Shown in pieces: positions 55,193 through 64,000 of a stretch of 64,000 bases of DNA; within the stretch, counting starts at the first letter, position 1, and each line of letters begins with the position of its first letter. The notes under the pieces are model-generated. The model saw only the letters and a list, made by a program, of their open reading frames with translations. It had not been told where the DNA came from and made no database searches. A program made the translations under genes and the position numbers. The DNA comes from an uncultured bacterium (GTDB lineage: Bacteria; Planctomycetota; UBA1135; GCA-002748355), in NCBI GenBank assembly GCA_937858895.1, contig CALLZN010000288.1, positions 6,074 to 70,073 of the forward strand. The letters run 5' to 3'.

Positions 55193-56780
55193 GCCCCTGG
55201 GTCTGCGCCGCGGCATCTGGATTGGGTTACTCGGCTTCATCGCAACAGCGGCTGCGCTCCGAGCCGAGCCGACTGTCGGCCAAGACCCTGCCCGCAAGCT
55301 GGTCATCGGCAGCAAGAACTTCGCGGAGTCGCGCCTCCTCGCCGAGATGCTGAAGATCTTGGTCGAGGACCGGAGCGACTTCGAAGTCGAGCATCGCGCC
55401 AACCTCGGCGGGACCTTGGTCTGCATGGAAGCGCTCCGTGCAGGAGCAATCGACGTCTACCCGGAGTACACAGGAACGGGCTGGACGGTCATCCTCGAAG
55501 AGAAGCGGCGCGCGAGCGACCCCATGCGCACCTACTTCGAGGTCGCCAAGGCCTACCGCGAGCGCTGGGACATCGAGTGGCTCTCTCCATTCGGCCTCGA
55601 CAACACCTACGTGTTGGCGATCAGCGAAGCAAAGGCAGCGTCGCTCGGCATCACCACGATCTCGGACCTGGTCGCCCATGGGCCTTCGTTGACCGCGGGC
55701 TTCAGCATCGAGTTCATGGAGCGCCCCGACGGCTGGCCCGGCCTGCGCGAGTTCTACTCCCTGCAGCTCGGGTCCGCGCGCGGACTCGAGCATGGCCTGG
55801 CCTACGAAGCGCTCGCTGCCGGCGAAGTCGACCTCGTCGACGCCTACGCGACCGACGGCAAGCTGCTGCGCTACCCGCTCCGGAGGCTGAAAGACGACCG
55901 CGGCTTCTTCCCGCCCTACCAAGCCGCGCCGATCGTGCGAGGGGCCGTGCTGCGAGACCATCCGGAGCTGCGCTCCATGCTCGATGGCCTCGCCTACCGC
56001 ATCGATGACGCTTCGATGACGAAGCTCAACCATGCGGTCGAAGTCGAGCAGCGCGGCTTCCGAGAGGTCGCCATGGGCTTCCTCCGGGACGAAGGGCTCA
56101 CCCGGAACACCGCTGTCGAAGCGCCGGCCCAGAAGCGCACTGGCTTTTGGCGCTTCTTCTTGGACCGCTGGCGCGTGACCCTGCAGCTGGTCCTCGAACA
56201 CATCTGGTTGACAGCCATCGCGGTCGCCCTGGCGGCCCTCGTTGCACTTCCCCTCGGGATCTGGATCCAAGGGCGCCCCATGGCCGCGAGGATCTCCCTG
56301 GCTATCGCTGGTGTCATCCAGACCATTCCGAGCCTCGCGCTGCTGGCCCTGGCCATCGCCGTCCCAGGTCTCGGGCTCTCGACGCGGTCGGCCATCGCCG
56401 CGCTCTTCCTCTATTCGCTCCTCCCGATCCTGCGCAACACCCACGCGGGCCTAGGCGCCGTCGATGCCGAGCTCGTGGACGCCGCCAAGGCCATCGGCCT
56501 GACCAAGGGCCAAGTGCTGCGACAGATCAAGCTGCCGATGGCGATGAGCACGATCTTGGCCGGCCTGCGAACCGCGACCGTCATCTCGATCGGCGTCGCC
56601 ACGCTCGCCGCCTTCATCGGAGCAGGCGGCTTGGGGCAGCCGATCGTGACCGGGCTCTACTTGAACGACCCGGACTTGGTGCTGTCCGGAGCGCTGCCCG
56701 CCGGCTTTCTCGCCCTCGCGATGGACTTTGTCCTCGGCCGCCTCGAGCGCCGCCTCGTGCCACGCGGCCTGCGCGCTTGA
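55185..56780 (+). CDS. Fused substrate-binding (OpuAC/OpuCC-type quaternary-amine) and permease ABC transporter protein
   Basis: N-terminal half has LVIGSKNFAESRLLAEMLK and IDVYPEYTGTGW (betaine-binding-protein type). C-terminal half is a 5-6 TM permease with an EAA-like region. GGAGG precedes the ATG at 55185, which overlaps the ATPase gene by 8 nt. Confidence 0.85.
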   Translation: MAEPLGLRRGIWIGLLGFIATAAALRAEPTVGQDPARKLVIGSKNFAESRLLAEMLKILVEDRSDFEVEHRANLGGTLVCMEALRAGAIDVYPEYTGTGWTVILEEKRRASDPMRTYFEVAKAYRERWDIEWLSPFGLDNTYVLAISEAKAASLGITTISDLVAHGPSLTAGFSIEFMERPDGWPGLREFYSLQLGSARGLEHGLAYEALAAGEVDLVDAYATDGKLLRYPLRRLKDDRGFFPPYQAAPIVRGAVLRDHPELRSMLDGLAYRIDDASMTKLNHAVEVEQRGFREVAMGFLRDEGLTRNTAVEAPAQKRTGFWRFFLDRWRVTLQLVLEHIWLTAIAVALAALVALPLGIWIQGRPMAARISLAIAGVIQTIPSLALLALAIAVPGLGLSTRSAIAALFLYSLLPILRNTHAGLGAVDAELVDAAKAIGLTKGQVLRQIKLPMAMSTILAGLRTATVISIGVATLAAFIGAGGLGQPIVTGLYLNDPDLVLSGALPAGFLALAMDFVLGRLERRLVPRGLRA

Positions 56781-56795
56781 GCGACGGTCACTTCG

Positions 56796-58025
56796 TCAAT
56801 CGAAGCGGACCTGCTCCTTGCGCGTCAACTGGAGTTCGGGACGCCCGCGGTAACGAAAGATGGGCCCCGTGACGACGAGCTTCTTTCCCTTCCAAGTCAA
56901 GAGGTCGCCGAAGCGCGCGACGGCGTGGCGCGGCACGAAGAGGGTCAAAGAAGAGCGCGGCTTGTCACCCAGTTCGAGGTTGAAGTGGCCACCGCTGCGC
57001 GTCGCCTCGACGCGGCGCACGGTGCCGCTGACCTCGACTTCTTGCAGCAGGTGCCGCGCGAGCGCGGCGCCGTCGTCGGCCTGGATACGTGGTAGCGACG
57101 GCTTCGCGCCTTCGGTCGCGAGGACCTGCGGCGACGGCGCTGCCGGCAAGCGCGTCGGCTCGCCCTCCCACGCGAAGTCGACGACGACCGCAGCATGGTC
57201 CGAGGCATCGTTCTCGTCGCGCGCGAAGCGCGCCTGCGCCACGTCGAGTGCGCCCTCGAAGAGCACGTAGTCGATCTGCTGCTTCTGCCCTGCGTATTCG
57301 AAGCTCCACGCTTCTTCTGCCGGCACCTTTTCGGTCGCGTTCTTGAAGCGCGCGAAGAGCGGCGCGAGCGACGCTGAGTCCACCGTGTCGTTGAGATCTC
57401 CGAGCAAGACGAAGGGGCTCGTCTGGCCACCGGCGCGCAGCTCGTCGAGGACATCGACGATGCCGCGGGCCTCGGCGCTGCGCCAGCCGACGCCTTGCAC
57501 ATCGTCGCCGAACGTGCGCTTCGACTTGAGGTGCGTGGGCGCGACCAGGAGGCGCTTGCCCGGGTTCGGTTCGAGCTCATGGACGACGGGGTCCCGCGAA
57601 AAACGGCGACCTCCCTCGAGGACACGGTGACGGTGGCTCGTCGACCGCCGCAGCGGCACGCGCGAGAGCAAGGCGCAGTCGATGCCACGCATGTCGTTGC
57701 TCGACAGCACCTCGACGATGGCGTAGGGCTTGGCGAGGAGGCGGTTCAGCGCTTCGACGACCTCGCGGTTCTCGACCTCGCAGAGGGCCAACACGTCGGC
57801 ATCGATCGAGTCGATGGTCTTGGCGAGAACGCGGCGCTCGGCGAGGCTCTTGGGCGAAGTCTCTTCGTCGGGGCGATACGGATCGTCGTGGTTGTCGAAG
57901 AGATTCTCGACGTTGTAGCAGGCCACGCGCAGCGACTGCGCCGCGAGCATGCCCGGCAACAGGAGCACCGAAACCGCTGACACGAGGGAAAGGAAGCCGC
58001 GAAAAGGAGAGCGCATCGCGGCCAC
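56796..58025 (-). CDS. Secreted endonuclease/exonuclease/phosphatase (EEP) family protein with a C-terminal OB-like domain
   Basis: Signal peptide. LRVACYNVENLFD, DADVLALCEVEN, GDLND, SDHAAVVVDF. C-terminal VSGTVRRVEATRSGGHFNLELGD. Confidence 0.8.
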   Translation of the reverse strand: MAAMRSPFRGFLSLVSAVSVLLLPGMLAAQSLRVACYNVENLFDNHDDPYRPDEETSPKSLAERRVLAKTIDSIDADVLALCEVENREVVEALNRLLAKPYAIVEVLSSNDMRGIDCALLSRVPLRRSTSHRHRVLEGGRRFSRDPVVHELEPNPGKRLLVAPTHLKSKRTFGDDVQGVGWRSAEARGIVDVLDELRAGGQTSPFVLLGDLNDTVDSASLAPLFARFKNATEKVPAEEAWSFEYAGQKQQIDYVLFEGALDVAQARFARDENDASDHAAVVVDFAWEGEPTRLPAAPSPQVLATEGAKPSLPRIQADDGAALARHLLQEVEVSGTVRRVEATRSGGHFNLELGDKPRSSLTLFVPRHAVARFGDLLTWKGKKLVVTGPIFRYRGRPELQLTRKEQVRFD

Positions 58026-58037
58026 GTTAGCACCAGC

Positions 58038-58898
58038 TCAGGAGCGACGCGATTTCTGGAGCACGAGTCGCAGGCCCGCGGCAAACATGAAGACCGCGAA
58101 AACCATCGTGAACCACGCGGCGTCGACGCGGTGCACGAAGACCGTCCCGGCCACCGCCCCCGCTGCGCACGAGGGCGCGAGCACGCGCACGAGGCCAGGC
58201 TCCGCCGTCGCCTGCTCGCGGTGCCGCAGGTAGGCGACCAAGGCGGTCGGCAAGACGATCAGCAGCGAAGTCGAGCGACAGGCAAGCGGGCTGAGATCGC
58301 TGAAGACCAAGGCGAGTGCCGGAATGAGCACGAGCCCGCCGCCGATGCCAACGATGGTCGCGATCGACCCGCTCAGCAGGCCGAGGAGGGGCAGGATCAA
58401 GAACTCGACGCCGTTCAAGGCCTGGTATTCGAACCAGCCGGCCGCGCGCCCGCCCGACCCCAAGCCCGACAAACGATACGCCGAGATCCACAGCACGGCC
58501 GTGAAGCCGAAGCGGAGCCACTGATCGGGAATCCGCGACACGTAGCGCGTCACGAACGAGGCCGCGAACATCGAGGTCGGTGCGATCGCCGCGACCGCGA
58601 GCCAGGCCGGCTGGACGCTGTTGGGATCGAAGACGAGATGCAGGACTTCGATCGCGACGCTCGCGCCGACGACGAAGGCCACGATGCCGAGGCTCGTGCC
58701 CGTCGCGCGCCGCGGATCCAAGCGGTAGACGAGGATCAAGAGCGGCAGGATGATGACCCCGCCGCCGATGCCCAGGAAGGCTGCAAAGAGGCCGACGAGA
58801 AAGCCGAGCAGAGCTGTCGTCGACTTCTTCGGAAGTCGCTGCTCTCGCGACGGGTCAGGCATGCGCGCGACCATGACGACGCGTCGTGCCGGCGTCAA
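58038..58898 (-). CDS. TauE/SafE (TSUP) family anion exporter
   Basis: LLGFLVGLFAAFLGIGGGVIILPLL and the second-half repeat IATIVGIGGGLVLIPAL. Alternative ATG at 58862. Confidence 0.8.
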   Translation of the reverse strand: MTPARRVVMVARMPDPSREQRLPKKSTTALLGFLVGLFAAFLGIGGGVIILPLLILVYRLDPRRATGTSLGIVAFVVGASVAIEVLHLVFDPNSVQPAWLAVAAIAPTSMFAASFVTRYVSRIPDQWLRFGFTAVLWISAYRLSGLGSGGRAAGWFEYQALNGVEFLILPLLGLLSGSIATIVGIGGGLVLIPALALVFSDLSPLACRSTSLLIVLPTALVAYLRHREQATAEPGLVRVLAPSCAAGAVAGTVFVHRVDAAWFTMVFAVFMFAAGLRLVLQKSRRS

Positions 58899-58929
58899 TC
58901 GCGAGCCGGCCGGAAGTCGGCGACCGCGC

Positions 58930-59442
58930 TCAGTCGAACTTGCGCTTGCGGATCTTGCCGACGATCTTCGCGGCCGAATGCGCCTTCTTGTCGCCGCACG
59001 CGAGGAACTTGACGCCGTTCGCCTTCATCGCCGCGCGCTCGGTGAGGGCGCGCTCGTTGTGGTCCGTGCCCTTGGCGTAGACACTCGGCGACAGCGCCGA
59101 GATCAGGGAAGCCCCGTCCTCGTCCGCGACTTCGCAGACGTAGTCGACGCTCTCGAGGGCCGCGAGCACCTCCATGCGCTCGACGCTCTCCTGGATCGGA
59201 AAGCCCTTGCCCTTCTGCTTCGCCGCGATCTTGTCGTCGAAGACCCCGACGACGAGGAAGTCGCCGCGCGACTTCGCGTCCTCGAGGAAGCGCGCATGCC
59301 CGACGTGCAGCAAGTCGAAGCAACCCGTCGTCAGCACGATCGATTTGCCCTGAGACTTGAGGCCGTCCACGATTGCCCCGAGGTTGCGCTGGGACTTGAT
59401 GATCTTGTCCTTGAACTTTTTTCGCGAAGCGGTCAGAGCCAT
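58930..59442 (-). CDS. Stand-alone cytidylyl/adenylyltransferase-fold protein resembling HldE domain II (heptose-1-phosphate adenylyltransferase-like)
   Basis: TTGCFDLLHVGHARFLEDAKSRGDFLVVGV, compared with TNGCFDLLHPGHLDYLEKARAYGDVLIVGV in the neighbouring HldE. Lys-rich C-terminus KIVGKIRKRKFD. ATG at 59442. Confidence 0.7.
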   Translation of the reverse strand: MALTASRKKFKDKIIKSQRNLGAIVDGLKSQGKSIVLTTGCFDLLHVGHARFLEDAKSRGDFLVVGVFDDKIAAKQKGKGFPIQESVERMEVLAALESVDYVCEVADEDGASLISALSPSVYAKGTDHNERALTERAAMKANGVKFLACGDKKAHSAAKIVGKIRKRKFD

Positions 59443-59565
59443 CGTTACCTCGGCGCCGGGGATGAAGCGGTTCCCTCTTCCCATCGACCAGGGCGGCCTT
59501 GCGACTTGAGCGCAAAGCTCGATGCCATGCCCGCGACAGGGCCAGCGCCGGGGGTAGCGCCAGGC

Positions 59566-61050
59566 TCAGCGCGCCATCGACTTGCGGATGCGCTCGAGCA
59601 GTGCCGTCGTCGAATAGCCTTGGAGCAGCGGTACGAGCACAACCTGCCCGCCATGGCTCTCGACCCACGAGGCGCCGACGACCCCCTTGTCACGCCAGTC
59701 TTCGCCCTTGACGAGGATGTGCGGCGTGATGCGCTCGATCAGGCTCTCGGGCGTGTCGCTGCCGAAGGGCACGAGGTAGTCGACGACCTCGAGGCCTGCC
59801 AGCAAGGCGAGGCGGTCCGCGAGCGGATTGATCGGTCGATCGTCGCCCTTGCCCTGGCGGCGGATCGAAGCATCGTCGTTGACCCCGACGATCAAAACGT
59901 CGCCGTAGGCGCGGGCCTTCTCGAGGTAGTCGAGGTGGCCTGGATGCAGCAGGTCGAAGCAGCCGTTCGTGAAGACGACCCGGCGCTTCTCGCTGCGCAA
60001 CTCGACGAGCAACTTGGCGAGCGACGCGTCATCGAGGACCTTCCCGGTCTCGTGACCACCGAGGGCCGCGAGCAGCTCGTCTCGCGTGACTGCTGCGGTG
60101 CCGAAGCGCCCGACGACGATGCCAGCCGCATGGTTGGCGAGGCGCAGCGCCGAAGGCAACTCGAAGCCGGCCGCGAGCGCGAAGGCCAAGATCGCGACGA
60201 CCGTGTCACCAGCCCCCGTGACGTCGTAGACCGCCCTCGCTTCGGTCGGGAAGATGCCGGTCTCACCCTCCTTGGTCCGGAAGTAAATCCCGTCCGGCCC
60301 GAGCGTGATGACGACGCTGTCGAGGCCGCAGCTCTCGGCGAGCCCCTTGGCGACTCGTTCGAGCGCGGCCTCGCCATCGATGCTGACACCGCTCGCCACT
60401 TCGGCCTCGAGGCGGTTGGGCGTCACGAGGGTCGCGCCGCGATACTTGCGGTAGTCGTTGCCCTTGGGATCGACGAGGACCGGGATGCCGCGCTCGCGCC
60501 CACGATCGATCGCACGCCGCAGGCAGGCTTCGTCGAGGACGCCTTTGCCATAGTCCGACAGGATCATGGCGTCGAAGTCACCGAGGCGCTCGTCGAGGAA
60601 GGCAAAGATCTTCGCCTGCGCCTCGGCCGAAGCGCGCTGCTTGGTCTCTTCGTCGACGCGCAGCACTTGGTGTGTGCGCGAGACGTAGCGCGTCTTGACC
60701 GTCGTCAAGCGCTGCTCGTCGTGCACGAGGCCATCGACGCCGATCTTGGCCTCGACGAGCCGCTTGGCGAGGCGGTCGGCGCCCTCGTCGTTGCCGACGA
60801 GGCCGAGGCAGACGGCGCTTCCGCCCACGCTCACGACGTTGGCGGCGACGTTGCAAGCTCCTCCCAGTCGATAGCTCGCGAAGGACGACTCGAAGACGAG
60901 GACCGGCGCCTCGGGCGAGACGCGCCGCGCCTCCCCCTCGACGTAGCGATCCAGAATGAGGTCGCCGACGACGAGGACGCGGGGATGCTGGGCGTGAGAG
61001 AGTTGTTCGTAGAGCGAGAGCATCGAGGGTTTCAGCGTGTTCGTTCTCAT
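59566..61050 (-). CDS. hldE: Bifunctional D-beta-D-heptose 7-phosphate kinase / D-beta-D-heptose 1-phosphate adenylyltransferase
   Basis: N-terminal ribokinase-like domain (VLVVGDLILDRYVEGEARRVSPEAPVLV, DVTGAGDTVVA). C-terminal TNGCFDLLHPGH. The ATG at 61050 forms an ATGA overlap with the upstream gene. Confidence 0.9.
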   Translation of the reverse strand: MRTNTLKPSMLSLYEQLSHAQHPRVLVVGDLILDRYVEGEARRVSPEAPVLVFESSFASYRLGGACNVAANVVSVGGSAVCLGLVGNDEGADRLAKRLVEAKIGVDGLVHDEQRLTTVKTRYVSRTHQVLRVDEETKQRASAEAQAKIFAFLDERLGDFDAMILSDYGKGVLDEACLRRAIDRGRERGIPVLVDPKGNDYRKYRGATLVTPNRLEAEVASGVSIDGEAALERVAKGLAESCGLDSVVITLGPDGIYFRTKEGETGIFPTEARAVYDVTGAGDTVVAILAFALAAGFELPSALRLANHAAGIVVGRFGTAAVTRDELLAALGGHETGKVLDDASLAKLLVELRSEKRRVVFTNGCFDLLHPGHLDYLEKARAYGDVLIVGVNDDASIRRQGKGDDRPINPLADRLALLAGLEVVDYLVPFGSDTPESLIERITPHILVKGEDWRDKGVVGASWVESHGGQVVLVPLLQGYSTTALLERIRKSMAR

Positions 61051-62027
61051 TGTCGGCGCGCGGGCTCGGCGCTCGCAAGGCTCGGCGCGTCGGCTTGTGG
61101 CGCGGGGCGCGTGCGGTAGCGGTCGTGCACCCAAAAGTACTGGTCCGGAGCGCGCAAGATCAGCTCTTCGATGCTGGCCTGCAGGCGCCGCGTCGGCACA
61201 GCTAGGTCCTTGGTCCCCGCTTCGACCGCGAAGATGTCACTGAGTTCGAGGCGGAAGCGATAGCGCCGCCCGACGCGGTAGCAGGCCATGGCGACGATGG
61301 ATGCGGCGCTCATCTGGGCGAGGCGCGCCGGGCTCCGGTCGCAAGAAGCGAGCTTGCCGAAGACCTCGACGAAGATGCCGCGCATGCGCTGGTTCTGGTC
61401 GGGCAGCAGGCCGATCGCGCAGTTCGCGCGCAGGGCAGCGACCAAAGAGCGCACACCACCGCGACGCGGCACGATGCTGACACCGAGCTGGGAACGACAG
61501 CGCACGAGCCAGGCTTGGAGGTAGGGATTGCCGAGCGGGCGCGCGATGACGACGGCGCCGTCGAAGTGCAGCCCGAGCTGGAAACCCGCGACCTCCCAGG
61601 ACCCCAAGTGAGGCGTGCAGAAGATCGGCGCACCGACGAGGCCGAGCTCGGCGCGCCGACGCTCGAGCTGGTCGAGGAAGGCTCGGTCATCGACTCGGTC
61701 TCGGTGCTTGCCGCTGCGGATCATGCGCTCGATGCGCGCGACGTCACCCAAGACCATGAAGCTCGCGCCGCAGGCGCGGCGCGCGAGCGCGAAGAGTTCT
61801 GCCTCGGAGCGCTTCCCCGCGAAGGCCAGAGCCAAGTTGGCGATGGCGATCTTGCGCCGCTTCTTGCTGCAGCGCAGGTAGAGCCGACCGAGCGCATCGA
61901 GGGCCGGGTAGACCACGAACTCGGGCAGCCAAGCCATGCCGAAGAGCAGGGCGCGCGCGAGCGCGTACGTGGCCGCGTCGAGGACTCGCGAGCGCTGCTT
62001 CTTGGAGGACTTGTGGCGCGCGGACAT
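61047..62027 (-). CDS. Lipid A biosynthesis (Kdo)2-lipid IVA acyltransferase family protein (LpxL/HtrB-like)
   Basis: N-terminal anchor, length and a position next to lpxK. Sequence fits Lip_A_acyltrans-type proteins (CTPHLGSWE region). The family call is moderate. Confidence 0.7.
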   Translation of the reverse strand: MSARHKSSKKQRSRVLDAATYALARALLFGMAWLPEFVVYPALDALGRLYLRCSKKRRKIAIANLALAFAGKRSEAELFALARRACGASFMVLGDVARIERMIRSGKHRDRVDDRAFLDQLERRRAELGLVGAPIFCTPHLGSWEVAGFQLGLHFDGAVVIARPLGNPYLQAWLVRCRSQLGVSIVPRRGGVRSLVAALRANCAIGLLPDQNQRMRGIFVEVFGKLASCDRSPARLAQMSAASIVAMACYRVGRRYRFRLELSDIFAVEAGTKDLAVPTRRLQASIEELILRAPDQYFWVHDRYRTRPAPQADAPSLASAEPARRQ

Positions 62028-62030
62028 GGC

Positions 62031-63050
62031 TCAAGACATCCGCTGTGCGGCGACGAGGCCCGCCGGCAAGAAGGCCGCGATGCCCGGATCCTCGAGCCAC
62101 ACGTGGCCAATGCGCAGGACGAAGCGACGCGGCCCAGCGCCGGCTGTGAATCCGAGCCGTGCCTCGTCTTTTTCGGTCAGGACGAGGATGGCGTCGCTCT
62201 CGGTCGCGGCTTGCGCCTCAGCTTCGAGCAGCTCTCTTGCGATCGCGCGGTGATCCCGGAGCCAGCAATGAGCGATGACATCCAAGCCGTAGTCGCGCGC
62301 GCTGCGCAAGAAGCGCTCGGGACGCGCGATGCCCGCCAAGAGGCGAGCCTTCTTGCCGCGCGCCTCCTCGCGAGTCCAAACGTGGTCGCTCACGACATCG
62401 ACGAGGCCCGTGACTTCGCTGCGCAGCGCGTAGCAGCGCAGCTTCGGAAAGCGTCGCCGCAGCTCCGCCATGCGCGCTCGCCACGCATCCGGCTCGACGG
62501 CCTCGCAGCCGGTCAGGACGCAGACGTCAGCGCGGCCGAGCGCCGAGGCCGGCTCGCGCGCCCAGCCCGCCGGCAGCAGCGCGCCGCCGAAGGGTTGCTG
62601 CGCGTCGACGAGGCAGACGTCGAGGTCGCGGTGCAGCATGCGATGCTGGAAGCCATCATCGAGCAAGACAACGTCGACCGCCTTTTTCTCCAAGAGCCGC
62701 AAGCCAGCCTCATAGCGATTCGGGTCCTGGACCTGGGCGAGACCAGGGAAGCGCCGACGCAGCAGCTCGCCTTCGTCGTTCAACTCTGCCCCCGCAGCGC
62801 GGCCATAGCCACGCGCTAGCACCCCGACCTCGAGCCCGAGCGCCTGCATGCCCTCGACGAGCAAGGCCACGAAGGGCGTCTTGCCGCTGCCACCAACCGT
62901 GAGGTTGCCGATCGAAACGACGGGCACCGGTAGGCGCCGAACGCGCCGCAGTCCGCGGTCGAAGAGGCCGTTCCGCAACGCGACGCCGGCCCGGTAGACC
63001 CACGACAACGGCAGCAAGAAGGGTTCAGGTTCGAGCGCCTTCGAGGTCAT
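62031..63050 (-). CDS. lpxK: Tetraacyldisaccharide 4'-kinase
   Basis: LLPLSWVYRAGVALRN and P-loop VVSIGNLTVGGSGKTPFVALL. The ATG at 63050 aligns with the E. coli LpxK N-terminus length. Alternative ATG at 63086. Confidence 0.85.
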   Translation of the reverse strand: MTSKALEPEPFLLPLSWVYRAGVALRNGLFDRGLRRVRRLPVPVVSIGNLTVGGSGKTPFVALLVEGMQALGLEVGVLARGYGRAAGAELNDEGELLRRRFPGLAQVQDPNRYEAGLRLLEKKAVDVVLLDDGFQHRMLHRDLDVCLVDAQQPFGGALLPAGWAREPASALGRADVCVLTGCEAVEPDAWRARMAELRRRFPKLRCYALRSEVTGLVDVVSDHVWTREEARGKKARLLAGIARPERFLRSARDYGLDVIAHCWLRDHRAIARELLEAEAQAATESDAILVLTEKDEARLGFTAGAGPRRFVLRIGHVWLEDPGIAAFLPAGLVAAQRMS

Positions 63051-63933
63051 CAGCACGCGTGACCGACTTGGCGTTGACCGCGACATCGGCCGCCTTCGCG
63101 ATCTGGTCGACCATTTTCGTGAGCACGGGCTTGGGACCGAACTCGATGAAGTCGCGGTGCCCCGCTCCGAGCAAGTACTCGATCGACGGCTGCCAAAGCA
63201 CGGACGCCGCGAACTGGCGCTCCAAAGCGCTCCGCAGGTCCTCGGCGCCGCTACGCGGCTGCGCGTCGAAGTTGCTGACGACCGGGAAGGCGGCGTCGCG
63301 CAGCTCGACCGCTTTGAGGCGCTGCGCGAAGTCCGCCGCAGCGTCGCTGAGCATCGAAGAGTGAAAGGGCACGCTCACCGGCAAGAGCACAGCCTGGCGG
63401 CGTCCGAAGCGCTCGACGAGCTCGTGCATCGCGGCGATCTCGCCCGACATCACGTACTGGCCCGGCGCGTTGAGGTTGGCGAGTTCGCAGACTCCGCTCT
63501 TGACCTCGGCGGCGGCGCGGCGCGCTTCTTCTTCGCTCATGCGCAGCAGGGCGACCATGCCACCCGTGCCTTCGGGGACCGCGGCCTGCATGGCCTTGGC
63601 TCGGGCCACGACCAAGGGGAGGGCATCCTCGAGGCCCAGCCCCCCCGCCGCGACCAGCGCCGCGTACTCGCCGAGCGAGTGACCGGCCGCGATCGCGGGC
63701 GTGTGACCGAAGGCGCGGTAGGCCGCGACATCAACTGCCAGCACACAGGGCTGCGTGTTCTCGGTGCGTACGAGCTCCTCTTCGGGCCCCTCGAAGCAGA
63801 GCTCGAGCAGGCCCGGCAAGATGCGGTCGGCCGCCTCGAGCGTCGCCCGCGCTTGCTGCGCGTGCTCGTGGAGCTCGCGCCCCATGCCCGCGAACTGGGA
63901 GCCTTGGCCGGTGAAGAGTGCGACGTAGTTCAC
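63025..63933 (-). CDS. fabD: Malonyl-CoA:ACP transacylase
   Basis: LFTGQGSQFAGMG and active-site GHSLGEYAALVAAG. GTG start at 63931-63933. Confidence 0.92.
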   Translation of the reverse strand: MNYVALFTGQGSQFAGMGRELHEHAQQARATLEAADRILPGLLELCFEGPEEELVRTENTQPCVLAVDVAAYRAFGHTPAIAAGHSLGEYAALVAAGGLGLEDALPLVVARAKAMQAAVPEGTGGMVALLRMSEEEARRAAAEVKSGVCELANLNAPGQYVMSGEIAAMHELVERFGRRQAVLLPVSVPFHSSMLSDAAADFAQRLKAVELRDAAFPVVSNFDAQPRSGAEDLRSALERQFAASVLWQPSIEYLLGAGHRDFIEFGPKPVLTKMVDQIAKAADVAVNAKSVTRADDLEGART

Positions 63934-64000
63934 GTGTTTCGTCTCGTATGTCTCGCGTCGAGAGTCGGACCGATACAGCGCTGCGAAGAGCGCTGCGCGT

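Overview
High-GC window (about 65-72% GC in most hand-counted lines) from a Gram-negative bacterium. It carries LPS/heptose genes and an outer-membrane-type Pel exporter. The gene content (PSCyt-type cytochrome domain, sulfatase, LTD and Kelch proteins) is reminiscent of Myxococcota or Planctomycetota, but I cannot prove that here. I call about 53 protein genes and one tRNA-Ala(CGC). I saw no rRNA, CRISPR array, transposase or integrase. Many long ORFs in the track are antisense shadows of real genes, which is typical at this GC. The ORF track also translates GTG/TTG starts as M, so I trimmed several N-termini.

Layout:
- 0-7.3 kb: envelope genes on the minus strand (sulfatase, PBP4, YihY, NUDIX, LTD protein).
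- 7.6-13.9 kb: a lower-GC three-gene operon for large secreted or anchored proteins.
- 14-20.8 kb: acyl-CoA cluster (thiolase, Hbd, two ACADs, MeaB, B12-binding mutase subunit, MBL hydrolase).
- 21-25.6 kb: beta-carbonic anhydrase, two tandem radical-SAM/SPASM paralogs, an Ntn-type hydrolase.
- 25.7-29.6 kb: nth and the modABC operon with its regulator.
- 30-34.3 kb: membrane and PH-domain proteins.
- 34.3-47.8 kb: an atypical pel exopolysaccharide locus.
- 47.8 kb: tRNA-Ala.
- 47.9-50 kb: a HAMP-only protein plus an unknown protein.
- 50.6-56.8 kb: HU-like protein, nitrilase, MarR, a double methyltransferase (EgtD-like) and a betaine-type ABC transporter.
- 56.8-64 kb: EEP nuclease, TauE, hldE plus an extra adenylyltransferase, lpxL-family gene, lpxK, fabD.

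Best candidates for something new, in order:
1. The compositionally foreign operon at 7.6-13.9 kb. Its first gene has an 8-bp tandem repeat directly after the ATG, behind a near-consensus promoter, so it may be a phase-variable secreted module.
2. The methyltransferase-EgtD fusion translationally coupled to a betaine-type ABC system.
3. The tandem radical-SAM pair with no obvious substrate.
4. The pel locus, with a split PelA, no PelC, and a PelD carrying two degenerate GGDEF modules.

All family assignments rest on motifs read by eye. No searches were run.
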